Origin: Elusimicrobiota bacterium
GTDB lineage: Bacteria; Elusimicrobiota; Elusimicrobia; UBA1565; JACRDR01
Direction of reading: 5' to 3'
Length of the DNA stretch: 64,000 nucleotides
Assembly (NCBI GenBank): GCA_041694815.1
Contig: JBGFSC010000033.1
Coordinates: forward strand, 1 to 64,000
The position numbers were made by a program, and so were the translations under genes. Under the pieces are notes generated by a model. It was not told the origin of the DNA. It worked only from the letters and a program-made list of their open reading frames with translations, and did not search any database. This document shows, piece after piece, positions 1 to 9,983 of this stretch. The stretch's first letter is position 1. The number at the start of each line of letters is the position of its first letter.

Positions 1-80
1 TAATTCTTTAAACGACATCCAACAGATTTCTCGTTCTTTCGGTAGGTGGTAACGATGTGCCCGACGAGTTCTCTCCGAAT

Positions 81-147
81 AGGTCTATAGGGTCCGATTC
101 GTCTGGGCCTTAAGGCTCAGGCAAATTGGGGCGCCGCCCTTAACAAT
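81..147 (+). promoter_or_regulatory. Shared upstream motif copy 1 (AGGTCTAT...GGGCCTTAAGGCTCA, then -10-like hexamer)
   Basis: Similar to motifs at 10058-10118 and 18638-18718; AACAAT lies 22 nt after CTCA and 7 nt before the GTG at 155. Confidence 0.55.
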
Positions 148-154
148 TAAGGTA

Positions 155-550
155 GTGCGAAAAATTATCCTCGCGGTATTTTTGGCTGGACTAAGCGCTG
201 CGGCTTACGGCGGAGCCGCGGACCTGCTGCGCCAGTGCCTGGCGTCCAAGAAACTCTCCTCCGCGCGGGTCGATGTCGATGCCGTGAGTGAGCACCTGCC
301 GGGCGCCTCGGCAGCGGAAATTGACAGCCTGGTCGATACGGCGGTGGTTCTGGCGTCCTACGGGAATAAGTCCGTACTTTCCACGGAAGACTTCATCAAC
401 GCGATCGATCAACGCGCCGCCCGAGCGGCGGGCATCAGCGTAAAAGAGTACCGCGGCTTTAAAGAGCGCCTAAGCCGGCCCGCGGCGGGAGTCGTCTTGG
501 ATACGTTCCGTGAGAAGGCTGAGAAGCGCTTCAAAATCCGATGGGAATGA
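155..550 (+). CDS. Signal-peptide protein with AAA+ lid-like fragment and conserved C-terminal module
   Basis: MRKIILAVFLAGLSAAAYG signal; VDVDAVSEHLPGASAAEIDSLVDTA...EDFINAI resembles FtsH-type AAA lid; ends EKAEKRFKIRWE. Confidence 0.75.
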   Translation: MRKIILAVFLAGLSAAAYGGAADLLRQCLASKKLSSARVDVDAVSEHLPGASAAEIDSLVDTAVVLASYGNKSVLSTEDFINAIDQRAARAAGISVKEYRGFKERLSRPAAGVVLDTFREKAEKRFKIRWE

Positions 551-1317
551 ACTGGGCGACCGTTTTTCTTTTGGCCCTTGCCCCTCAGGCCTCCACGCAG
601 GACTTCATCCCTAAATTCGTCTATATTCCGCCCGGCGAGTTCAATATGGGCAGTCCTAATAACGAGAACGATAGATTTTGGAACGAAACCCAGCATCATG
701 TTCGTTTGAACCAAGGCTTCGAAATGCAGACCACGGAGGTGACCCAGCTTCAGTATTACCTGATCACCGGCAGCAATCCCTCGCGGTTTAAGTACTGCGA
801 AAAATACGGCCCCAAACAGGAGCCGATCTGCCCCAATCATCCCGTGGATCAGGTTTCCTGGGACGATGCGCAGGCGTTTATCCAACGGTTGAACGAATTG
901 CAGGATAAATGTGTCTATCGTCTCCCCACCGAGGCGGAATGGGAATACGCGGCAAGAGGAGGGAGGTCGACGATCTATTCGTTCGGTTCGGACGCCTTCG
1001 GTCTCGACGCCCATGCCTGGTATTACGATAACTCAAATGGCCGTCATCATCCCGTTGCTTCAAAAAAGCCGAACCCATTCGGCCTTTATGACATGCACGG
1101 CAATGTCTGGGAGTGGGTAGCGGATTGGTATGGTGGGGACTATCCGAAACAGAGCGTAACGGACCCTCAAGGCCCGAGTACAGGCTCGTACCGGGTTTTT
1201 CGTGGCGGCTCCTGGGACAGCAGCGCCGGGAACTTGCGGTCGACTCTGCGCCTCAGCGGCTTCCCGGACCTCCGCTGGAGCACTCTGGGCGTCCGCCTTG
1301 TGAGGTCATGTCGTTAG
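547..1317 (+). CDS. Secreted FGE-sulfatase (SUMF1/formylglycine-generating enzyme fold) domain protein
   Basis: YRLPTEAEWEYAARGG, NPFGLYDMHGNVWEW and RVFRGGSW motifs; ATGA overlap with the upstream gene. Confidence 0.9.
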   Translation: MNWATVFLLALAPQASTQDFIPKFVYIPPGEFNMGSPNNENDRFWNETQHHVRLNQGFEMQTTEVTQLQYYLITGSNPSRFKYCEKYGPKQEPICPNHPVDQVSWDDAQAFIQRLNELQDKCVYRLPTEAEWEYAARGGRSTIYSFGSDAFGLDAHAWYYDNSNGRHHPVASKKPNPFGLYDMHGNVWEWVADWYGGDYPKQSVTDPQGPSTGSYRVFRGGSWDSSAGNLRSTLRLSGFPDLRWSTLGVRLVRSCR

Positions 1318-1334
1318 TACGGCGAGCTATCGAG

Positions 1335-2606
1335 TTACGGCGACCAGCTGGGGGTAAAGGAGCTTCCGGGGATATCGGCCACGGCGTGCGGCGCGCTGCC
1401 GTCGGCGTCCATCCAGTAGAGCTTGCGCCGCCCCTCGCGCGTGCTCGTGAAGGCGATGAAGCGCCCGTCCGGAGACCAGGAGGGGTCCTCGTTCGTGCCC
1501 TCGCCATGCGTCAGCTGCCTGAGATTGGAGCCCGTGATGTCGACGAGGAAGATGTCCATCGGGTCCTTGGGGTTGGCGCGGCCTGAGAAAACGATCCACT
1601 CCCCTGTCGGAGACCACGAAGGCGAGTCGCACCAGTTGAGCCGGGTCAGCCGCCGGGTCTTGCCCGTCTTGGGCTCGAGGATGTGTATCTGGGGGTTGCC
1701 GCTTCGGTCCGAGGCGAAGGCGATCTGCGCCCCGTCGGGCGAATAGGTGGGCGAGGTGTCGACCCCGAAATGAGAGGTCAGCGGCTTGACCGAGAGATCG
1801 GCCATGTTCATCTGGTAGAGATTGGGATTTTTCTGCTTGGAGAGGGTCAGCACCAGCTTCGAGCCGTCGGGCGAGAATCCGCCGGCGATATTGAGCCCTT
1901 GCCGCTCGGAGAGCGCGCGCGTCAGGCCGCTGCCCAAATCGATTTCGAAGAGGTCCGGATTGCCGTGCTTATAGGACGTGTAAAGCAGGCGGCGCCCATC
2001 GGGGCTCCAGCGCGGCAGCAGATTGGTCGAGCGGTCGGCGGTCAAGCGCTTGAGGCCTTCCCCGTCGTAGTCGATGAGGTAGACTTCCTTGTGCCCGGTC
2101 TGGTTGTTGACGAAGGCGATCTGGGTATGGGCGATGCCCGTCTTCCCGGTCAGTTGGCGTACGATGTCGTCGGCCATGCGATGGGCCAGTGAGCGCCAGA
2201 ACTTGGCGTCCTGCCGGTAGTAGCGCTCGAGCACGGGCTCTCCGCTGTGAAAATCCAGGAGCGAGGCCGTAAGGGTGAGCTTATCGATCTGTTTGGAGAG
2301 CTTGACCGCCAGGGCGAAGCCCGCCCCGGCCTTGCGCCAGTCCTCGGCCTCGCCCCCCGGGTCCGCCGCGGCGGCGGCCGAGGGCGGCTCGACGATCTTG
2401 AAGTAACGTGAGGCCAAAAGATCGTCGCGCAGCACGGAGCGGATGCGGTGGCCCAGCTCCGCCTCTTCCCGCCGGTCCGGATGCTCGGCCACGAAGGGAG
2501 GAAGCCCGATGGCCTGCGTGACCGCGGCCGGCCCCTCCACTCCGATGTAGACGTCCGCCGCGGCGGCTGGAAAGGCCAGCGCGGCCAGCCAAAACAAAGC
2601 GCTCAC
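1335..2606 (-). CDS. tolB: Tol-Pal beta-propeller protein TolB
   Basis: PD40 repeats (P.WSPDG), TolB N-domain, operon with pal and cpoB; GTG start overlaps cpoB stop. Confidence 0.92.
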   Translation of the reverse strand: MSALFWLAALAFPAAAADVYIGVEGPAAVTQAIGLPPFVAEHPDRREEAELGHRIRSVLRDDLLASRYFKIVEPPSAAAAADPGGEAEDWRKAGAGFALAVKLSKQIDKLTLTASLLDFHSGEPVLERYYRQDAKFWRSLAHRMADDIVRQLTGKTGIAHTQIAFVNNQTGHKEVYLIDYDGEGLKRLTADRSTNLLPRWSPDGRRLLYTSYKHGNPDLFEIDLGSGLTRALSERQGLNIAGGFSPDGSKLVLTLSKQKNPNLYQMNMADLSVKPLTSHFGVDTSPTYSPDGAQIAFASDRSGNPQIHILEPKTGKTRRLTRLNWCDSPSWSPTGEWIVFSGRANPKDPMDIFLVDITGSNLRQLTHGEGTNEDPSWSPDGRFIAFTSTREGRRKLYWMDADGSAPHAVADIPGSSFTPSWSP

Positions 2607-3271
2607 AAACGCCGGAGCTGCTTGGCGGCCTCGGCCGCCTCGGGGCTTTTGGGAAAGTCCTCGCCGATCGACTGCAAATATCTCTTGGCCTCCGGAAGCC
2701 GGGTATTGAGCTTGATGAGGCAGAGGGCGTACTTGAGCCGGGCGGAAGGGGTCAGCGGGCTTTTGGGGTAGCGGTCGAGCAGCGTCGCGTATTGCCTGGC
2801 GGCCTTCTCCCATTGCTCCTTGGCGTAGAGGGATTCCGCCGTCCGGTAGAGGGCCCGGTCAGGCCTCCCGCCGGCGGCCTCCTTGGCTTCCGCCGCCTTC
2901 TGGGCGGCTTCCTCGGCCGCCTTCTGGGCCTGGAGGATGGCTTCCTGCTGCTTATTTAAGCTCTCGCCCAGAGCCGTCACCTTCTGGCCCATCACCGCCT
3001 TGAGATCGTCGATCTTGCCGGAAAGCTGGCTCATGCGCTCGCCCGAGTCCTTGAGTGTTTCGGTGAACGAGGTGAGGTCTCCCCGCACCTCGTCGAGCTT
3101 GACCGAGAGATCGGCCTGGTTGGCCTGCATGCTCGAAAGCGTTTTCTTGAGCTCGCTGACCTGGTCCTTGATCTCGTCGGCCTGTTGATTGAGATCGAGC
3201 ACATCGCGTTGGGTCGCGATGCAGCCGGAGAAGAGGAGAAGGGAAAGGGAGATGGGGACGGCGCGCCTCAT
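2603..3271 (-). CDS. cpoB: CpoB/YbgF-like lipoprotein (coiled coil + TPR)
   Basis: Lipobox LFSGC, coiled coil, TPR (YPKSPLTPSARLKYA), directly downstream of pal. Confidence 0.8.
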   Translation of the reverse strand: MRRAVPISLSLLLFSGCIATQRDVLDLNQQADEIKDQVSELKKTLSSMQANQADLSVKLDEVRGDLTSFTETLKDSGERMSQLSGKIDDLKAVMGQKVTALGESLNKQQEAILQAQKAAEEAAQKAAEAKEAAGGRPDRALYRTAESLYAKEQWEKAARQYATLLDRYPKSPLTPSARLKYALCLIKLNTRLPEAKRYLQSIGEDFPKSPEAAEAAKQLRRL

Positions 3272-3828
3272 CGAGGCGATTTGGGTTTCCCTTTCGTCTG
3301 GGCCGCGGCCGGGCGCTCCCTTAAACGAGTGGCGGCACGGCGGTTTTGATGCCAGCAATCCTCGGTCGAATCGGTGCAGACCGGCTGCTCCTCCCCGTAG
3401 GAGATGGTGCCGATATTTTTCCCGGGCACGCCGAGGCGGATGTAGTATTCCCGGACTTCCTTGGCGCGGCGCTGCCCGAGCGCCAAGTTGTACTCCGTCG
3501 TTCCCCGCTCGTCGCAATAGCCCGCGACGAGCGCCTGCAGCTTGGCGTTGGCCTTAAGATATTCCGCGTTCTTGCGGAGAATGCCCCGGGCCTCCTCGGA
3601 GAGGCTGTAGGCGTCGTAATCGAAATAGACGGGTTCGACGTTCGGCACGTCGACGAACTCCGAGCCTCGGATATCGACTTCTCCGACCTCCACTCCCGGT
3701 GCGGCGGCGTCGACCGTCTCGGCGTCGGGCTTGGCCTGCTTGACGGTCTTGCGCGGGGCGCAGCCGGCGGCGATCGCGGCGCAAAGCGCCGCCGAGACGA
3801 AGGCGGAAAGACGGGCGTTTCGGGTCAT
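3268..3828 (-). CDS. pal: Peptidoglycan-associated lipoprotein Pal
   Basis: Lipobox AAGC; VYFDYD, GYCDERGTTEYNLALGQRRA, NRRA OmpA-C motifs. Confidence 0.95.
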   Translation of the reverse strand: MTRNARLSAFVSAALCAAIAAGCAPRKTVKQAKPDAETVDAAAPGVEVGEVDIRGSEFVDVPNVEPVYFDYDAYSLSEEARGILRKNAEYLKANAKLQALVAGYCDERGTTEYNLALGQRRAKEVREYYIRLGVPGKNIGTISYGEEQPVCTDSTEDCWHQNRRAATRLRERPAAAQTKGKPKSPR

Positions 3829-3835
3829 GCCGCGA

Positions 3836-4144
3836 TTATAATTTTTGGCGGCGGCGCATGTCAAATTCGCGGCGCTTTTCGCGTTGAGAGACGCGGAATG
3901 CCTTGAGCTTCTCCTGCTGCCCGGCCCGGAACTGCGTCCAAGCCTGCCGGCGTTTCTTGGGCTCCTGTTGCGCCAATGAGGCCCGGAAGGCCTCTCGCTC
4001 TGCGCGCTGAGCCTCCTTAAAGGCGGCCTTCTCGGCCTTTAGCTCGTTCTCGAAGGCGCGACGCTCCTCACGCGGGCCCGCGTGGCCGCTCGGCGGCAGC
4101 CAGAGAGCCAGTATCGCGGCGGAAAGCGGCAATGCAAGGCGCAT
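3836..4144 (-). CDS. Small secreted charged helical protein, hypothetical
   Basis: Signal peptide followed by AF(K/R)-rich helical repeats. Confidence 0.65.
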   Translation of the reverse strand: MRLALPLSAAILALWLPPSGHAGPREERRAFENELKAEKAAFKEAQRAEREAFRASLAQQEPKKRRQAWTQFRAGQQEKLKAFRVSQREKRREFDMRRRQKL

Positions 4145-4222
4145 GTTCCCTCCTACCATAAGATACGATTATCCGTGGCGAAAGTTCCGTGTTTTTTTAT
4201 TTGTTGGTATAATGAAGCGCCG

Positions 4223-4849
4223 ATGACGAACCCCCATAGCGGAGGCGCCGAGCTCAGGGCCCTCATTTCCGCCACCCTGTCCGATTTCAAGACCACGGCC
4301 TGCGTGGCTCCCAGCTCCGATGCCCTGATCCAGGCGATGGTCTCCGCCCTGCCCCTGGCCAGGGCCGAATGCGTCGTCGAGTTCGGCGCGGGCACGGGCT
4401 CCGTGACCGAAGCCCTGCTCGAGTCGATGCCGTCTCGGGCGACGCTGCTCAGCTTCGAGATCAACCCCGAGCTGGCCGCCTTTACCCGCGAGCGGCTGGA
4501 CGACCCGCGGCTCCACGTGATCCCCCGGGGAGCCGAATGCCTGGGCGAGGAGCTGCGCCGGCGCGGCATCGAGAGGGTCGACGCGATCGCCTCCTCCCTT
4601 GGCCTGACATTCATGCCCGATCCCCTCCGGCATCGGATTTTCGACGCGGCGGCACGCTCACTCAAGCCCGGAGGGACGCTGACCCAGTACGTCTATATGC
4701 ACGGCGCCGTGCTTCCCTTCCGGCGTTTCGACGGCGAATTCCAACGCTTCCCGGCGCACTCCTTCTTCGGCAGCCGCTTCTCCAGAGTGGAACGAAGACT
4801 GATTTGGCTCAACCTGCCGCCGGCCTTTCTTTACACCTGCCGCATTTAA
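4223..4849 (+). CDS. SAM-dependent methyltransferase, phospholipid N-methyltransferase-like
   Basis: VVEFGAGTG motif I, APSS motif, C-terminal WLNLPPA. Confidence 0.85.
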   Translation: MTNPHSGGAELRALISATLSDFKTTACVAPSSDALIQAMVSALPLARAECVVEFGAGTGSVTEALLESMPSRATLLSFEINPELAAFTRERLDDPRLHVIPRGAECLGEELRRRGIERVDAIASSLGLTFMPDPLRHRIFDAAARSLKPGGTLTQYVYMHGAVLPFRRFDGEFQRFPAHSFFGSRFSRVERRLIWLNLPPAFLYTCRI

Positions 4850-5451
4850 GCGGCCGTCTTTTCCAGCACCTTTCCCGCCGGGTCGATCGAATAAACAATG
4901 GGCTTGCAGGTGCCGATATTGAGCTCCATCACCTGTTCCTTGCTCAAGCCGTCTAACTCCATGACGATGGCCCGCAGGCTGTTGCCGTGGGCGACGACGA
5001 GGACCTGCTTGTCTTGGAGCACCTCGGCCAGGATCGACTCGCGGAAGAAAGGCAGGCAGCGCTCGGCCGTGTCCTTGAGGCTCTCGCCGCCAGGCGGGGC
5101 CACGTCGTAGGACCTGCGCCAGATATGGACTTGGGCGTCGCCGAACTTCTTGGCCGTCTCGGCCTTGTTGAGGCCCTGCAGTTCGCCATAATGGCGCTCG
5201 TTGAGGGCACGGCTGCGGATGACGTGCAGGCCGTCCTGGCCCAGTTCCTCGAGGATGATGGCCAAGGTCTGTTGGGCGCGCTTGAGCTCGGAGGTGAAGG
5301 CGATGTCGAAGCGCGTGCCCCGGAGCAGGGCGGCCGCCTGCCGGGCCTCCTGCTCGCCTAAGGGCGTGATCGGCACGTCGACCCAGCCCGTAAAGCGGTT
5401 CTCGAGGTTCCACTGCGACTGCCCGTGACGCACCAGAACGAGGCGGCCCAT
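4846..5451 (-). CDS. gpmA: 2,3-BPG-dependent phosphoglycerate mutase
   Basis: LVRHGQSQWNLENRFTGW, LNERHYG, AHGNSLR. Confidence 0.95.
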   Translation of the reverse strand: MGRLVLVRHGQSQWNLENRFTGWVDVPITPLGEQEARQAAALLRGTRFDIAFTSELKRAQQTLAIILEELGQDGLHVIRSRALNERHYGELQGLNKAETAKKFGDAQVHIWRRSYDVAPPGGESLKDTAERCLPFFRESILAEVLQDKQVLVVAHGNSLRAIVMELDGLSKEQVMELNIGTCKPIVYSIDPAGKVLEKTAA

Positions 5452-5563
5452 GAGGCCGGAATTGTACCACATTGTTTTTGATAGAATGGGCGGGCGCGGG
5501 TGGCGGGCATGGGTTCCATGCCCGACAGGACTCGCGCCCCTTACCGACAAAAGCTTTCGACCC

Positions 5564-6259
5564 ATGCCCGCCATCCGAATACTGGCCGTCGACGACGACC
5601 CGGATATCCGCTCCCTGCTCGAGGACCTGCTCGGCGAGGCGGGCTACGAGGTCAAGGCGGTCGCCTCGGCCTTCCAGGCGCGTGGGGCCATCGCCAAATG
5701 GACGCCGCATCTGGTGCTGCTTGACCGCGCCCTGCCGGACGCCGAGGGGCTCGAGCTGCTCGGCGAAATGCGTTCTCAAGCCGCGTCGGCGCTGATCCCC
5801 GTGCTATTTCTGACGGCCAAGGGGAGGCCGGCAGACAAGGCCGAGGGCCTGCGCGCCGGCGGGGACGATTACCTGGCCAAGCCGTTTAACTCCGAGGAGC
5901 TTTTGGCCCGCGTCGAGGCGCTGCTCCGGCGCTGCCTGCCGCCGCCGGCCCCGAGCCGGGTTCTGCGCGCCAAGGGGCTGATGGTGGACCTGGAACGGCA
6001 CGAGGCTTCCGTCGACGGCCGGCCCGTGCACCTGCCGCCCAAGGAGTTCGAGCTGCTGGCGGCGCTCATGGAGGGGCGCAACCGGGTCTTGTCGAGGCGG
6101 TACCTGCTCGAGCGCGTGTGGGGGGCCGGCAACGACCTGGAGATGAACACGAAGACGGTCGACGTGGCCGTCGGGCGCCTGCGGGCTGCCTTGGGGGGGC
6201 TGGGCCGCAAGATCGTCGCCGTCCAGTCCTACGGCTACCGGCTCGATTTGGACGATTAA
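5564..6259 (+). CDS. OmpR/PhoB-family response regulator
   Basis: Receiver (AVDDD, LLD, KPF) plus winged helix (EFELL, GYRL). Confidence 0.93.
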   Translation: MPAIRILAVDDDPDIRSLLEDLLGEAGYEVKAVASAFQARGAIAKWTPHLVLLDRALPDAEGLELLGEMRSQAASALIPVLFLTAKGRPADKAEGLRAGGDDYLAKPFNSEELLARVEALLRRCLPPPAPSRVLRAKGLMVDLERHEASVDGRPVHLPPKEFELLAALMEGRNRVLSRRYLLERVWGAGNDLEMNTKTVDVAVGRLRAALGGLGRKIVAVQSYGYRLDLDD

Positions 6260-6272
6260 AGCTCTCTGGATG

Positions 6273-6408
6273 AACGACAGCTTTTACGCGCCTCGGGCGC
6301 GTGACTCGTCGCGCTTCGCGCGACGAGTTCGAGGTTTCTCGCGAGTATTCCGAGCTTGGCACGCGTAGCGTGCCATGCAACGCGCTCAAGCGCGTAAAAG
6401 CCGCCGTT
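6273..6408. repeat. MITE/REP-like element family A, complete copy
   Basis: Terminal inverted repeats aacgacagcttttacgcgc / gcgcgtaaaagccgccgtt, internal palindromes; related copies at 47542-47722 and 55838-55914. Confidence 0.8.
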
Positions 6409-6422
6409 GTTTCTATCGTATC

Positions 6423-6758
6423 TTATTGCACGCCGTGCCGGATGCGGTCTAGGAGCAGGCGAGCCTTGGGCTCGGCGCGGCCTGGGGAGAGGAAGTAGAG
6501 CCCGTACAGGTACAGGTTCGGATCGTACGGGTCGCGTCCCGCGATGCGCACGATCCGCGCCTCGAAAGCGAACACGTCCAGGTCGGAGCTGATCTCGATG
6601 CGGAGAGGGGTATGCGGCAATTGTCCCTGCACCTGCACGAAGGCCCCTCCCATCCCGAAATTGAGCACCATGCCGGCCACCACGCCCTTGCCCGTGGAGA
6701 CGCGCGCCGCCAGCCTGCAGGGGTAGCGCGCGTAGACGCGCTTCGGGGGAGCCGCCAT
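6423..6758 (-). CDS. PilZ-domain protein
   Basis: RxxxR (KRVYAR) and NxxxxG (NFGMGG) motifs; about 110 aa. Confidence 0.8.
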   Translation of the reverse strand: MAAPPKRVYARYPCRLAARVSTGKGVVAGMVLNFGMGGAFVQVQGQLPHTPLRIEISSDLDVFAFEARIVRIAGRDPYDPNLYLYGLYFLSPGRAEPKARLLLDRIRHGVQ

Positions 6759-6881
6759 AGAACGATAGTTTAGTCGGGAGTCGAGCACAAGGCAAGGGCC
6801 GTTTAGCCGATCCTCGTTCATGGCTTCAGTGTAGCCTACCTGGGGCCGCGGGGTCCAGGAAAGAAATATTCAAGGGAAAAA

Positions 6882-7667
6882 TCACGAGGAAACCGACGTA
6901 TACTGGGCTAGGGCGCCGCGCCAAAACTTCAAGCTGAGGGCCATCGCGAACGCGGAGAGCCCGAAGGCGTATAGCATCGGGCCGGTTTCAAGCGTGCCCA
7001 GCAGGGCCTTGGTGGGGAAGGAGGTCATGACGCCGATGGGAATAAACAGCACCAGGGCCCAGCGCATCGCCGCCGAGTAGACATCGATCGGGAAGCGCCC
7101 GAGGAACATCAGCTCACGGTAAAGCCATATGGTGTTCTCGAGCTCCTGCGTGCGCACGGCCAGGGCCGCCACGACGATGTGTATGGCCAGGGCGATGGCG
7201 ATTCCGTTTAAGACGAGAAAGGCGTAGGCGGCCGCCTGGCCCGGGCCGATCGGCACGGGCAGGCGCTGCCAATTCATGGCCAGGAGGACGATCACGGGCA
7301 TCACCGTGGTGACGTCGAGAAAATCCACGGTCGAGGCCGCCATGCGGAGCAGCGGGGAGCAGGGCTGGATCAAATAATAGTCGAGATCGCCCTCCTGCAC
7401 CGCGCGGCGGGCGCCGTAGATCCCGCGGAAGAATATCTGGGTGACGATGTCGACGAGGTTGTAGGTGAGAAAGAAGAGCAGCGTCTCCTCAAGCCCGTAT
7501 CCCGCGACGCTGGGCGCGTGGCGGAATATGGCCACCATGAAGGCGAAGAAGAACAGAAGGCGTATGAGCTTGCCCAGCAGAAACCCCACCGAGCCCAGCC
7601 CGTAGGAGAGCTGTGCGGAGAGGCTCATGGCGCCCATGCGCAGCCAGATCCTGAAATGCTTGCTCAC
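6882..7667 (-). CDS. ABC-2 family transporter permease
   Basis: Multiple TM helices, GDLDYYLIQP motif. Confidence 0.88.
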   Translation of the reverse strand: MSKHFRIWLRMGAMSLSAQLSYGLGSVGFLLGKLIRLLFFFAFMVAIFRHAPSVAGYGLEETLLFFLTYNLVDIVTQIFFRGIYGARRAVQEGDLDYYLIQPCSPLLRMAASTVDFLDVTTVMPVIVLLAMNWQRLPVPIGPGQAAAYAFLVLNGIAIALAIHIVVAALAVRTQELENTIWLYRELMFLGRFPIDVYSAAMRWALVLFIPIGVMTSFPTKALLGTLETGPMLYAFGLSAFAMALSLKFWRGALAQYTSVSS

Positions 7668-8458
7668 CCTCCCTCCGCGGCGTAGCTGCGCACTCCGCGC
7701 TTCCAGAAGGCCTGCACGGCGGAGGCCACCAGCAGCAGCCAGGCAGCCTGAAGGCCCAGCAGGCGAAGGGCCTCGCCCGGCGGGACCCTCTCGAGGTAGA
7801 TGTTGACCGGAAAGAACACCAGGTAGGGAAAAGGGGTCATGCGGAGCGCTGCTTGGAGCGGATGCGGCAGCACGTCCAGCGGAAAGAAGGCGCCAGCGGC
7901 GAATTGCAGGAATAATTCGAAACAGAACAGGGGGCCTCCCGACTGGGAGGTCCAGAAGGCCAGGTTGGAGATGAAGAACTCCATGTAGAAGAAAATCAGC
8001 GAGGAGAGCAGGGCCGCGAGCGCGAAGAGGGGAAGCGTCCAGGCGCCGGTGGGGACGTAGAGGGGAGCCTTGAGCAGGTAGATCAGCGCCCCTATCTCGA
8101 GCAGCGCGGCTAGGGCGTGAACCGTTTTCTGAGCGAAATCCTGGGCGAGGCAGTATCCTTGGTAGCTCAGGGGGCGCAGCAGGTAGCTGGAGATGCGTCC
8201 CGAGGCGATTTCGCCGACCACCTCCCAGCCGCGCCCCGTGAACGCGAAGGAGCGTAGCAGGGAGACGGCGAGCACGTAGCTGAGCATCTGGGCCCTGGAG
8301 TAGCCCAAAAAGCGTTCGTCTTGGCCCAGCAGGGCGGACCAGAAGAAATACAGCGCGAGGATGGCCGCCAGGCCCCCGACGCGGTCCATCAGTAGGGAGG
8401 CGCGCCGCTGCAGCACGTTCTGCAGGCTCAGCGAATAAACGTAGAGGTACTTGCTCAT
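7664..8458 (-). CDS. ABC-2 family transporter permease
   Basis: Multiple TM helices, GRISSYLLRPLS motif. Confidence 0.88.
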   Translation of the reverse strand: MSKYLYVYSLSLQNVLQRRASLLMDRVGGLAAILALYFFWSALLGQDERFLGYSRAQMLSYVLAVSLLRSFAFTGRGWEVVGEIASGRISSYLLRPLSYQGYCLAQDFAQKTVHALAALLEIGALIYLLKAPLYVPTGAWTLPLFALAALLSSLIFFYMEFFISNLAFWTSQSGGPLFCFELFLQFAAGAFFPLDVLPHPLQAALRMTPFPYLVFFPVNIYLERVPPGEALRLLGLQAAWLLLVASAVQAFWKRGVRSYAAEGG

Positions 8459-9441
8459 GCCAGATGGGAGCTGTCGGCGAAAAGGCTGCGGACTACTTCC
8501 TGCACGGGGGTCTCCTCGATGGTGAGGTCCGCGACGGGAAAGCGGGAGAGCAGAGCGGCGGCGCGCTTGGAAACCTCCGAGCGCGGCACCTCGATGACCG
8601 CGTGCAGCCCTCCGTTTTCGGCCACCCGGCCGATCTCCTCGAGCGCGGAGGCGGGGACCGCCTCGTTGAAGTCCGCGCGGATCACCTTGACCGGGGCGTA
8701 GCGCTCCACGACCCGGCGCAGCGAGCCGTCGTATAGCAGCCGCCCCGAATCGATGATCAACACGCGGGGGCAGAGCTCGACGATATCGTCCATGTTGTGG
8801 CTGGTGAGCAATACGGTGGCCTTGTTGCGCCGGTTGTATTCCAGGACGAATTGGCGCACGCGCTTCTGCATCACCACGTCGAGCCCCAGGGTCGGCTCGT
8901 CTAGCAGCAGCAATCTAGGCCGATGGAGTATGGCCACCGCCAGCTCCGCCTTCATGCGCTGGCCGAGCGAGAGCTTCTTGACCGGGATCGACAGGCAGCC
9001 TTGCAGCTCGAGCAGGTCGACGAGCTCCTCGACGCTGCGCCGGTACTCGGCCTCGGGGACCTCGTAGATCTTCTGATTCAGGCGGAAGGTCTCCTGCGCG
9101 GGCAATTCCCACCACAATTGGGAGCGATGCCCCATGACCAGCGAGAACTGCTTCTGGAATTCCGATTCCCGCTTCCAGGGCACGAAGCCGAGCACGGAGG
9201 CCGTGCCGGAGCTGGGGTTGAGCAGGCCCGAGAGCATCTTGAGGGTCGTCGTCTTCCCCGCGCCGTTGGCGCCTAAAAATCCGACGAGCTCGCCTTCCTC
9301 GATCCGGAAGCTGGCGCCGACGACGGCGGGAATGTCGCGCCATTGGCGGTGCAACAGGGATTTAAAGGCGTTCCAGAGTCCGGGCCCCTTCTCCGGCACT
9401 CGAAAAGTCTTGCTGAGGTTGGAAGCCTCGACGATAGCCAC
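8455..9441 (-). CDS. ABC transporter ATP-binding protein
   Basis: GANGAGKTT, LSLGQ, LLLDEPT. Confidence 0.95.
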   Translation of the reverse strand: MAIVEASNLSKTFRVPEKGPGLWNAFKSLLHRQWRDIPAVVGASFRIEEGELVGFLGANGAGKTTTLKMLSGLLNPSSGTASVLGFVPWKRESEFQKQFSLVMGHRSQLWWELPAQETFRLNQKIYEVPEAEYRRSVEELVDLLELQGCLSIPVKKLSLGQRMKAELAVAILHRPRLLLLDEPTLGLDVVMQKRVRQFVLEYNRRNKATVLLTSHNMDDIVELCPRVLIIDSGRLLYDGSLRRVVERYAPVKVIRADFNEAVPASALEEIGRVAENGGLHAVIEVPRSEVSKRAAALLSRFPVADLTIEETPVQEVVRSLFADSSHLA

Positions 9442-9467
9442 GCCTTATTGTACTAAAGCTATGCGTT

Positions 9468-9983
9468 TTAAGGTTTGAATCCAATTTTCGGAGAGGGCCT
9501 TTTCTGGCCCGCCATAAGCCGCCGAATGGCACCGAAAATGTTCTGGATGTAGATGTCATGGCCCTGCATTTTACGCTCGAGTTTCTGTAATTTTTGGGCG
9601 GACTCTTTGTGGGTAGAGATTATTTCGCGCAGTCGAATGAAGGCCCGCGCTATTTTTACGCTGGCCTCGATGGCGACCGGGGTGTGGAGAACGCTGGAAA
9701 GCATGACTGCGCCATACTCCGTAAAGACGTGCGGGAGATAACGGCGTCCTCCGCGGCCCATGTTTGAGGTTGCAAAATGCAACCTCAAAGAATCGGCCTC
9801 CTCGGGAGTCAATTGGAACATGAAGTCTTCGGGAAAGCGCTTTCAATTGCGGCTGACTTGTTGATTAAGCCGTTTTGTCGTGACGCCGTAAAGAGCTACG
9901 AGATCAACGTCGAGCATGACTTTGTGGCTGCGAATCAAATAAATGCGGCGCTCGATTTGTTCCATGGGAATTATTGATTTCAT
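9468..9983 (-). pseudogene. ORF6N-domain DNA-binding protein with in-frame TGA
   Basis: Reads MKSIIPMEQIERRIYLIRSHKVMLDVDLVALYGVTTKRLNQQVSRN*KRFPEDFMFQLT...GGRRYLPHVFTEYGAVMLSSVL; stop at 9843-9845. Confidence 0.8.

Noticed and set aside
9843..9845. TGA recoding (alternative genetic code or selenocysteine)
   Set aside because: TGA is the normal stop of many conserved genes here (obgE, pal, xerC); the position is not a Cys site
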